Assembly (NCBI GenBank): GCA_934281565.1
Contig: CAKQXI010000022.1
Span: 1,145 to 25,144 of the forward strand
Origin: an uncultured Prevotella sp.
GTDB taxonomy: Bacteria > Bacteroidota > Bacteroidia > Bacteroidales > Bacteroidaceae
Reading direction: 5' to 3'
Length of the DNA stretch: 24,000 bases
A model generated the notes under the pieces. It saw only the letters and a list, made by a program, of their open reading frames with translations. It did no database searches and had not been told where the DNA came from. How positions within the stretch are numbered: the first letter of the stretch is position 1; every line of letters starts with the position of its first letter. Shown here piece after piece: positions 1 through 7,927 of the stretch. The position numbers and the translations under genes were made by a program.

Positions 1-2
1 TG

Positions 3-1328
3 ACAGGCTTGCCTGCTGCAAATACAACAGTAGATGTAATAAGCAATGCCACGACATTCTTTAGCTCTGCCATCAGCACTTGGAAAACAAGCAAGTTGGC
101 TTCCGACCAAAGTACACTTGCCAAACTTGATGCCTGTGACTTGCACATAGGCAAGGCTACATTCGATAACACTGCCAGCAAGATTAACTTTACAAATATG
201 GCTCATGCCATGGGACTTGCTGATATTACAAGAGAGACTAAGGCTTTACCACATTTATATAAATTAAGTACAGACCAAAGCTATACTTGGACGAATGGCT
301 CTACCTCTGTAACGGCAAGCAACAGTTTAACTAATAGTCGTAAACTCTATGATGTCACTTCTACAAGAGGTATAATGATAGTGCCACCAGCTACTGCAAC
401 ATCATTCAATAGTACCAGTACTGGCAATGATGCATGGAGTGGAGCAGTTTCCATTACTGCTGTATCCAATGCCATTGGTACAGGAACAGCCAAACTTAAA
501 TTATCTGCCTTAGACAAAGGCACTTATACTATGGCTTTAGGTGACATCTATTATTCTGATGGTGCTCTTTCTCACCAAAGCGATGCATTGCTTTCTGGCA
601 AGACTCCAATTGGGGTTGTTGGTTATATTGGCAATAACAAATGGACAGAAAGTGGTACAGGAAGTGGTCATGGTGGTCATGCCTTGGTAATGTGCCTAAA
701 GACCATCGGGTCTACTGGAAAGACAAATATAGGTATTGGCTATGTTTGGGGACCATCTGGTATCGATTTGGATGATACGAAGTTTCCTAACATGACCACT
801 GATGCCTTGATAAAAGGCTCCTATGCAAGTCAAGTTCAAGGCTCTGGATATACGGCAACAAATAATTTAGTTGCATTGGGTGAAAGTTATGTGGCTGCAA
901 CCAAGGCAAAGAAATACAATGAACTTCCTGCACCTCTAAATAAAAGTACAGGATGGTTCTTGCCTACTGTTGGTCAATATTATGCTATCTTAATAGGTTT
1001 AGGTGGTGGCAACTTTACTGAAGGTGGTTTATATGGAGGTCTTGACCATTTGGGATTTTTTAAAAGAAATGGTTCTTGTGCAGGGATTACCGATCCAATC
1101 AACAAGGCATTAGCTAAAGTTGGAGATGCTAATTATACAGATTTTTTCGGCAGTGTTAATACTTCAGCTTCAACTTCTTCAGAGTCTTCTGCAACATCTC
1201 CAATAGCACTTGATTGTGGTATAGACGATGTTACTGTGGGATATGTTACAGGTTCTATTCGTTTCTTTGGTGTAGATCCTTATTTTAAGACATCATTGCT
1301 TATGGTCCGCCCATTCCTTGCTTTTTAA
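3..1328 (+). CDS. 5'-truncated secreted/surface protein with a C-terminal DUF1566-like (Lcl C-terminal-type) domain; function unknown
   Basis: Frame 3 is open from the window edge to TAA at 1326-1328. The track start at 9 is only a TTG, so the gene probably begins upstream of the window. The C-terminal ~230 aa show the pattern I associate with DUF1566: YYSDG, PIGVVGYIG, GHALVM, TGWFLPTVGQYYAIL, and the ending MVRPFLAF. The N-terminal part is Ser/Thr/Asn-rich. The family call comes from motif memory, not a search. Confidence 0.55.
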   Translation, partial: TGLPAANTTVDVISNATTFFSSAISTWKTSKLASDQSTLAKLDACDLHIGKATFDNTASKINFTNMAHAMGLADITRETKALPHLYKLSTDQSYTWTNGSTSVTASNSLTNSRKLYDVTSTRGIMIVPPATATSFNSTSTGNDAWSGAVSITAVSNAIGTGTAKLKLSALDKGTYTMALGDIYYSDGALSHQSDALLSGKTPIGVVGYIGNNKWTESGTGSGHGGHALVMCLKTIGSTGKTNIGIGYVWGPSGIDLDDTKFPNMTTDALIKGSYASQVQGSGYTATNNLVALGESYVAATKAKKYNELPAPLNKSTGWFLPTVGQYYAILIGLGGGNFTEGGLYGGLDHLGFFKRNGSCAGITDPINKALAKVGDANYTDFFGSVNTSASTSSESSATSPIALDCGIDDVTVGYVTGSIRFFGVDPYFKTSLLMVRPFLAF

Positions 1329-1379
1329 CAATATAGTTTAAAATTGATAGTAAGAGCAAAGTATTTGGTTAATTTTATG

Positions 1380-1387
1380 TATCTTTG
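1380..1387 (+). promoter_or_regulatory. Bacteroidetes-type -7 promoter box (TATCTTTG) for the acyltransferase gene
   Basis: TATCTTTG matches the TAnnTTTG -7 consensus of Bacteroidetes sigma-A promoters. It ends 16 nt upstream of the ATG at 1404. Confidence 0.45.
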
Positions 1388-1403
1388 CATCCATTAATAA
1401 ATA

Positions 1404-2570
1404 ATGGTTATGACAGACTTACAACAATCAACGGCTCGTTTTGCCGATACCAAGCCACATTACTCTCTCCTTGATGGTCTTCGAGGAGTAGCAGCATTGC
1501 TCGTCGTATGGTATCATGTATTCGAGGGGTATCAATTTGGCTCTGGAGCAGCAATCATCAAGGAGATCAATCATGGTTATTTAGCTGTTGACTTCTTCTT
1601 CATCCTTTCTGGTTTTGTTATTGGCTATGCCTATGACGACAGATGGGGAAAGACACTTAGTATGCCGAACTTCTTCAAGCGTCGTCTCATTCGTCTTCAT
1701 CCTATGGTAGTGATGGGAGCAGTGATAGGACTTGTCATGTTCATCTTGCAAGGAGCGGTGGCATGGGATGGGACTCATGCCACAATATCGGCGATGATGA
1801 TAGCCTTGCTCTGTGCTATGTTCATGATACCAGCTATACCCGGTTGTAGCTATGAAGTGCGTGGCAATGGTGAGATGTTTCCTCTTAACGGTCCTGTTTG
1901 GTCGTTGTTCTTCGAGTATATTGGCAACATACTTTATGCTCTTTTCATTCGCAAGTTATCCACCAAGAACTTGGCAATATTGGCAACAGTCCTTTCTGGA
2001 GCATTGGTTTGGTTTACGGTAACCGACCCAGCAGGATACGGTATGTTTGGCATAGGTTGGACCTTGGATGGACTGAACTTTGTTGGTGGATTGCTTCGTA
2101 TGTCATGTCCCTTTACGATAGGAATGTTCCTTTCACGAGTATTCAAGCCAGTTGCCGTGAAAGGAGCATTCTGGATATGTTCATTGGTATTGCTAATCTT
2201 GTTTCATGTACCTTATATAGAGGGAAATGGAACTTATTGCCTCAATGGCATCTTTGAGGCAGTATGTATCATCTTGATATTCCCTGTCTTGGTATGGTTG
2301 GGGGCATCTGGAACAACAACTGATAGTTTTAGCACTCGTATTTGTACGTTCTTAGGCGATATTTCTTTCCCCCTTTATATCGTACATTATCCATTCATGT
2401 ATTATTTCTATGCTTGGTTGATTGATAAGAAGCTCTTTACACTTGGCGAGACTTTGCCAGAGGCACTTATTACTTGTGCCGTATCAGTCATTGTGGCATG
2501 GGTATGCTTGAAATTCTATGATATTCCACTTCGCAAATGGCTCTCCAAGCGGTTCTTGGCAAAGAAATGA
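1404..2570 (+). CDS. Acyltransferase family 3 (OafA/WecH-like) integral membrane O-acyltransferase
   Basis: 388-aa ORF with an ATG start. The N-terminal LDGLRGVAALLVVWYHV motif and about 10 hydrophobic segments are typical of the acyltransferase_3 family. It converges on nanM with a 5-bp gap. Confidence 0.8.
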   Translation: MVMTDLQQSTARFADTKPHYSLLDGLRGVAALLVVWYHVFEGYQFGSGAAIIKEINHGYLAVDFFFILSGFVIGYAYDDRWGKTLSMPNFFKRRLIRLHPMVVMGAVIGLVMFILQGAVAWDGTHATISAMMIALLCAMFMIPAIPGCSYEVRGNGEMFPLNGPVWSLFFEYIGNILYALFIRKLSTKNLAILATVLSGALVWFTVTDPAGYGMFGIGWTLDGLNFVGGLLRMSCPFTIGMFLSRVFKPVAVKGAFWICSLVLLILFHVPYIEGNGTYCLNGIFEAVCIILIFPVLVWLGASGTTTDSFSTRICTFLGDISFPLYIVHYPFMYYFYAWLIDKKLFTLGETLPEALITCAVSVIVAWVCLKFYDIPLRKWLSKRFLAKK

Positions 2571-2575
2571 GCCGA

Positions 2576-3676
2576 TTAGGGAAAGATTAATAATATTTCT
2601 GGCGTTCTCACTCCGGGTTTGAGTTCGCCACCAATATAGAAATATTTGTTTCCCCATTTAACCAGTTGTGCTCCAGCCCTTGAAAGGCGTTTGTCATATA
2701 GAGGATAAGCGTTCCATTTCTCCTTGATAGGGTTGAAGAACAACAGGTTACCATTAAATTGATACCAATCAATATCTTTCTGCAAATAATCCTCTTTCTT
2801 CACAAGTTGATAACTACCGCTGATGGCATCCCAAAATATATCCTTGTTAACACCTCCCAAACATAATATGGACTGCTTGGTAAGAATAGCAGTGGCTCCT
2901 GTCAAGGTAAGTTCTTTACCCTTGGTATCCTTGGGAGCCTCCAATTGTTTCCAAACCTTAGAGGCAATATCATAGCTGTAGCCATTGGTAGCGACTGTAC
3001 TTTGCAAACCATTGGCAAAGAAACCTCCCCAAATATATAACTTACCTTTATCTGCCACGCAAACAGGTTGAACACGAGGACATTCAGGTATCTCAGACAG
3101 ATATTCCCAATCTTGTTTCTTGCTGGCATCCCAGTGTAATAAGGAAGCCGAAGCCTTTCCATCTTGGTTTCCACCAAAAACATAAATATGATTGGTGAGT
3201 TGTGTCACAGCCATATTGTCAACGGTATATGGTAAAGATGGCAATAACTTTATGATTGCTTTGTCTTTTTTCTTATTTAATCGGATGCTTAAAACTGTCT
3301 TGAGACTATGCTCATTGTTGTTGCCTCCTATCAAAATCAAACTGTCACCCAAGGAGACGACACCACCATAAGCAGCAGGTTCTGGCAGATAACCTATGAG
3401 TTTCCAGTCTAAAGATTTATCAGATACCTTGGCAGCATAGATGCCTGCATAATATTTCTTCTTGCCTGTCTCTGGAAAATTACAGCCACCAGCCATGATA
3501 ATTCTATTGCCAATCATGCCAGCATAACAGGCAGAAACACCAAGACCGTAACCAGCTTCCTCAGATGGGAAGCCTGTCACGGTCTTGATATTGAATGATG
3601 TCTGTGCCTTGGCTATATGAAAGAGACAAAGCATCAGTACTAATAAAAGATATGTCTTAACTTTATGATTGTTCAT
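2576..3676 (-). CDS. nanM: Kelch-repeat N-acetylneuraminate mutarotase/epimerase (NanM/YjhT; cyclically-permuted mutarotase family), secreted
   Basis: Repeated Kelch-like blades are visible (IIMAGGCNF, LILIGGNN, IYVFGGNQ, LYIWGGFF, YFYIGGE). The start is placed at ATG 3674-3676 (MNNHKVKTYLLLVLMLCLFHIAKAQ), which gives a clean signal peptide. The longer track ORF to 3793 would overlap the upstream gene by 131 nt. The gene sits in a nan operon. Confidence 0.8.
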   Translation of the reverse strand: MNNHKVKTYLLLVLMLCLFHIAKAQTSFNIKTVTGFPSEEAGYGLGVSACYAGMIGNRIIMAGGCNFPETGKKKYYAGIYAAKVSDKSLDWKLIGYLPEPAAYGGVVSLGDSLILIGGNNNEHSLKTVLSIRLNKKKDKAIIKLLPSLPYTVDNMAVTQLTNHIYVFGGNQDGKASASLLHWDASKKQDWEYLSEIPECPRVQPVCVADKGKLYIWGGFFANGLQSTVATNGYSYDIASKVWKQLEAPKDTKGKELTLTGATAILTKQSILCLGGVNKDIFWDAISGSYQLVKKEDYLQKDIDWYQFNGNLLFFNPIKEKWNAYPLYDKRLSRAGAQLVKWGNKYFYIGGELKPGVRTPEILLIFP

Positions 3677-4442
3677 ATAGGTCGGCGTTCTTTTGTACTT
3701 GAGCAAACTGCGCAAGGAAATCCACATACTTATCCACGACAGCCTCAGCAAATCTCTTACCTTTCTCGGCTGTAGCCAATGCAGGATTGCCAATGCCAGT
3801 ATCCTTGCTTACCATAGACCAGTTGCGTGGTATCCAGATTTGTCCTTCTCTCAATTCCTTGATACGGAAGTTTTTAGAGTCGCCAGAGCCAGCTTCTTCT
3901 TTGTTGACTAACTCAGGATGGTAGTGCATCATGACAGAAGTCTCAACCTCGTCGGCATGGTCGCCAGGATGTTCAAAATAGTCCTTGGCAGGACACATCT
4001 TAAACCATTCGCTGGATGCAATGATAAAATCGGGATAGTCAACGGTAAGGTCGCGAATCATGTTCTTGAAACTGTTGCCACCATGACCGCTAACTATCAA
4101 CAATTTTCTGATACCTTGTATATATAAGGAAGAAACAATGTCACTAAGAATAGCCTTCTGGGTCTCATACCTTGAATGTATGCAGAAAGTCAACTCACGT
4201 TGTCCTGGGTTTTGTGCTCCCATTGTTACTGGAGGCATCACCATACTATATACATGATGCTTGTCAAATAGCTTGATGGCAGCATCGACGGCAATATCAT
4301 GCGACAAGATGCAGTCTGTCAGATATGGCAGATGCAAGTTATGTGGTTCGGTCGCTCCCCAAGGAAGTATGGCAAGCTCGTATGTATGTTGCTTGGCTGT
4401 GCCATAGTTTGAGACCGACAAATCAAATTCTTTGTTCATCAT
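3663..4442 (-). CDS. Creatininase-family (creatinine amidohydrolase fold) metal-dependent amidohydrolase; substrate unknown
   Basis: 259 aa. The motifs GATEPHNLHLPYLTD, VSGHGGN and GDHADEVETS match my recollection of the family's binuclear-metal ligand blocks (E-x-H...D, HGGN, H-x-x-x-x-E-T-S). There is no signal peptide. Its stop codon lies 14 nt inside the nanM start region. Confidence 0.75.
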   Translation of the reverse strand: MMNKEFDLSVSNYGTAKQHTYELAILPWGATEPHNLHLPYLTDCILSHDIAVDAAIKLFDKHHVYSMVMPPVTMGAQNPGQRELTFCIHSRYETQKAILSDIVSSLYIQGIRKLLIVSGHGGNSFKNMIRDLTVDYPDFIIASSEWFKMCPAKDYFEHPGDHADEVETSVMMHYHPELVNKEEAGSGDSKNFRIKELREGQIWIPRNWSMVSKDTGIGNPALATAEKGKRFAEAVVDKYVDFLAQFAQVQKNADLYEQS

Positions 4443-4462
4443 TTCTTGTATATACTGTTTGT

Positions 4463-5644
4463 TTATTTGTTAAGGATTTCTTGACAGAGTGAATAGCTCT
4501 TGATCATCATACGTGGGATATGGAACGGACCCTTGAAGATGTTGCCTTTGGCAGGTTGTGCCACTGTTCCGTCACGATGCAGGTAACCATACCATTCACC
4601 ATACTGCTTGTCTGGGAAATGGGCGTATGTCCATTCACTGATGCGTTGATGCTTGTAGATATACTCATCATCACCAGTAGCGAGGTAAGCATAGAGCGAA
4701 GCGATAATTGTCTCACACTGAGGCCACCAGAACTTCATGTCCTGGGAATAATCCTGTGCAGGCAAGTTGCGGCAATCACAGAAATTGATGATGCCACCAT
4801 ACTGCTTGTCCCAGCCCCAGTCCCAAGACCAGTCGAATATCTGCAAGGCGAGTCTTAGGAGTTCCTTATCCCAACCTCTGAGCTTGGACTCCTCCATGAT
4901 GAACCATGAAGTCTCAATGCAATGACCAGGGTTGATGGTTCTTGTCATGTTGGTATCAATGAACTCACCGTTCATGCCAACGGTTTCCAACAAACACTTA
5001 AACTCTGGATGGATGAAATACTTCTTCAGTTTCTCAATGGACTCGTCAATCTGAGCTGTTAGCTTAGGGTCGTTGATAACTTTGCGGATGCAAGAACCCA
5101 CATTGATAAGAATCATGACGATACTATGACTCTGCAACTTCACCGACTCCTCGAACTTAGGCTCCAAGAAGCCTGGGGTAGTCAAAAAGCGTTGTGTATC
5201 CTTGAATATCTCCAAGGCACGCTCGGCGTATTTCTGTTCGCCAGTAGCCAAGGCATACTCCGACATGGCGATGGCAGCGAAAGTCTCCGAGAACACATAA
5301 CGGCGTTTACGGATAGGCTGACCATCGGCAGTGACGGTAAAATACATATGTCCGTTATCGTCAAAGCAATGCTTCTCTATGAAGTCAATAGCACTCTTTG
5401 CTGCTTCCAGCCATTGCTGGTTCTTTTCTACATTGTTATAGGCAAAGGCACAGACAAAGGCAAAACGCCCTTGGAACCAAACGGACTTGGTAGAGTCCAT
5501 CAAACTTCCATCCCTGTCAAGACAAGTATAGACACCACCGTTCTTCTTGTCCCAGCCATGCTCCATCCAGAAAGGCATGATATTCTCGGTCAAATCGGCC
5601 TTATAGGATGTTGCCCATTGATTGATATAATCTTTTATATCCAT
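4463..5644 (-). CDS. nanE: N-acylglucosamine 2-epimerase (AGE/renin-binding-protein family), the Bacteroides-type NanE converting ManNAc to GlcNAc
   Basis: 393 aa. The length and alpha/alpha-barrel AGE-like sequence fit the family (FWMEHGWDKKNGGVYTCLDRDG, WFQGRFAFV, WWPQCE, GEWYGYLHRDG). It lies directly downstream of nanA. Confidence 0.85.
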   Translation of the reverse strand: MDIKDYINQWATSYKADLTENIMPFWMEHGWDKKNGGVYTCLDRDGSLMDSTKSVWFQGRFAFVCAFAYNNVEKNQQWLEAAKSAIDFIEKHCFDDNGHMYFTVTADGQPIRKRRYVFSETFAAIAMSEYALATGEQKYAERALEIFKDTQRFLTTPGFLEPKFEESVKLQSHSIVMILINVGSCIRKVINDPKLTAQIDESIEKLKKYFIHPEFKCLLETVGMNGEFIDTNMTRTINPGHCIETSWFIMEESKLRGWDKELLRLALQIFDWSWDWGWDKQYGGIINFCDCRNLPAQDYSQDMKFWWPQCETIIASLYAYLATGDDEYIYKHQRISEWTYAHFPDKQYGEWYGYLHRDGTVAQPAKGNIFKGPFHIPRMMIKSYSLCQEILNK

Positions 5645-5669
5645 AGGTCTATATTTTTTTTATGGCTTG

Positions 5670-6587
5670 TTAAAATTGATTGCAACGCTCAAAGAAGTTG
5701 ATGTCTTCCAACTCTTTCTTCATGGCAGCTTCTTCCTCGTCAGTCATGTTGCGGAAAGGAACACGGTTAGGACCTAAGTCGAATCCTAAGAGTTTCATGA
5801 TGCGCTTGCCTCCAACGATGTTGCCACGATAGTGACAGATGACATTGATAACTTCTTGTGCAAAGTTTTGTTTCTCTCTCGCTGTCTCAATGTCGCCTTT
5901 GTTCCAAGCATCGATGATGCCAACAAGTTCACGACCATTGTAGTTGGTCGTACCACCAATTCCACCTTTTGCGCCACCTTGTGCCAAGCTGGGAAGGATA
6001 GTCTCGTCCTGTCCATGCAGCATATCATACTTGCCATTCTTGTACAAACGGCATTGGTTATATTCGTACAAGCTCTCAAACGTATATTTGATACCAGCAA
6101 AGTTAGGGATACGACCATCCACGGCTTTCAACAAATCAAGCATAGGCAAGTAAGCACCGTTGAAAGCAGGGATATGATAGTAATAAAAAGGAAGATTTGG
6201 AGCAGCAGAAGCTATTTCCTCACAGTACTTCACAAGTTCCTCAATACGACCAATGTGTGGGAATGGAGGAGCCATGGAACCTATGCCCCAAACACCTAAT
6301 TTCTGTGCATGCTCTGCCAAACGGCGGCTCTCACGTAGACAGCAACTACCTACATGAACTATGACCTTGAAGCCCTCTGGAGCAACTTCCATCCATCTTT
6401 CTGCCAATTTCATACGTTCCTCAGTGGTCAACATATAACCTTCACCAGAAGAACCATTGATGAACACACCTTTAAGCCCATTCTTTTGCAACATCTTGGC
6501 GTATGTTTCAATGGGTTCTAAGTTTACATCTCCATTACTATAAAACGGAGTGAAAGGAGCGTCAATTAATCCGATAATCTTTTCCAT
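5670..6587 (-). CDS. nanA: N-acetylneuraminate lyase (DHDPS/NAL family)
   Basis: 305 aa. Class I aldolase motifs are present: GVFINGSSGEG, YYYHIP, and GIKYT containing the Schiff-base lysine. The nan operon context supports the call. Confidence 0.9.
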   Translation of the reverse strand: MEKIIGLIDAPFTPFYSNGDVNLEPIETYAKMLQKNGLKGVFINGSSGEGYMLTTEERMKLAERWMEVAPEGFKVIVHVGSCCLRESRRLAEHAQKLGVWGIGSMAPPFPHIGRIEELVKYCEEIASAAPNLPFYYYHIPAFNGAYLPMLDLLKAVDGRIPNFAGIKYTFESLYEYNQCRLYKNGKYDMLHGQDETILPSLAQGGAKGGIGGTTNYNGRELVGIIDAWNKGDIETAREKQNFAQEVINVICHYRGNIVGGKRIMKLLGFDLGPNRVPFRNMTDEEEAAMKKELEDINFFERCNQF

Positions 6588-6643
6588 AATGAGTGATTTT
6601 ATTTATTGTTCTTTATTTTATGATGATAATATGTATGTCGTCT

Positions 6644-7878
6644 TTATTCCAAATTGTCAGTCTTTGGCTTTAGGAACACCAACTGCAAAGTTAGTGCCAC
6701 AATTACTACAATGCCCAACAAGGCGAAGCCAAGCCCCAAGTTTCCACCATCAGTCCACTTGCCCAGCACTTGGGTAACCAATGCGCCAGCGAAGACTCCC
6801 ACCATGTTCATGATGCCATACGCCGTTGCCCTATATTTGGCAGAAATAATCTGGCATAAGATAGGCATATTGTTGGCATCGAACATACCATATCCTACGC
6901 CGAATAGCAAACCTGCCCCTACTACTGCTGTCAAGCTATGGCCAAAGCCCAGGAGGAACAAGGCAGGAATGGTCATGCCCAAGCCTATGGCACTGGTATA
7001 GACACGGCCTCTAATATTCTTCTGTACCCATTTGTCGGAAAGAAATCCACCGATAAGTACACCGATGAATGAAGATACAGCTATCGTTATTGTTGACATT
7101 GGTCCTGCTTGTGACATGGATATGCCTAAGTTGTCGGCAAACAACGTTGGCAACCAGTTCTTGGTAGCCCACCCGGGTAAACTTGGGGCAGCGAAGTAAA
7201 TCAAGATAACCCAGAAAGCCCATGTAGACAACACCACGGAGAGTCCCTTGAAGATGTTTTCTTTGGCTGGAGAAGCCTTGACCTTGGCTTGTACTGGAAC
7301 TTTTTTCTTATCTTTGTCATGAAGCAACAAGAATAGTATGATGGAGTACCCGATGCCGATGATGCCAAACCAATGGAAGGTAGAGTGCCAAGAGAACATG
7401 GCTGCAACAGTAGCACCAAAGCCACCGATGGCTTGACCGACATATAGACCTGTCATGTGGACACCTATTGCCAAAGACCTGGACCTGCCCTCGTGCCAGT
7501 CGGCAATCAAGGACAAGGCGGAGGTATGTAAAGTGCCTCACTGATACCCATCAAAGCACGGAGCCAATATAGTTGATGAAAATTGGTGGCATACCCCATC
7601 AAGTAGGTTACTGCCGACCAAACGAACAGGCTTCCTACCACAAGTCGCTTCCTGCTGATACGGTCTGCTACGATGCCGGCAAAAGGACTTACTATGCCAT
7701 AAATCCAAAGGAACACAGCCATCAATGCTCCAAAAGCCTCGGCTTGGTTGAGTTCAACAATGTCTATTTTCATTGCTCCCTGCATCGTAGAGAGCATCTG
7801 GCGATCCATATAATTAAGGAGTGCCACTACCCAGAGAAGTGCCACTACCAGCCAGGGATAATATTTACTATTTTTCAT
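6644..7878 (-). pseudogene. nanT: MFS sialic-acid permease (NanT-like) split by a single-nucleotide frameshift
   Basis: Two overlapping ORFs (7507-7878 and 6644-7516) together make one 12-TM MFS protein. The N-terminal frame reads ...RALMGISEALYIPPPCP*. The other frame is open from 7537 and continues ...ALSLIADWHEGRSRSLAIGVHMTG. Inserting one nt in the cctccgcc stretch (about 7517-7525) restores YIPxALSLIADWH. Confidence 0.8.
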
Positions 7879-7927
7879 CTGTTTTGTCTTTAGTTATTAT
7901 AAGGTAATATATGTATGTTAGGAGAGG

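Noticed and set aside
3677-3793. A longer N-terminal extension of the nanM ORF (track start at 3793, MAILHWLQPRK...)
   Set aside because: The extension would overlap the 3' end of the creatininase-family gene by 131 nt and has no leader-like character. The internal ATG at 3676 gives a clean signal peptide directly.
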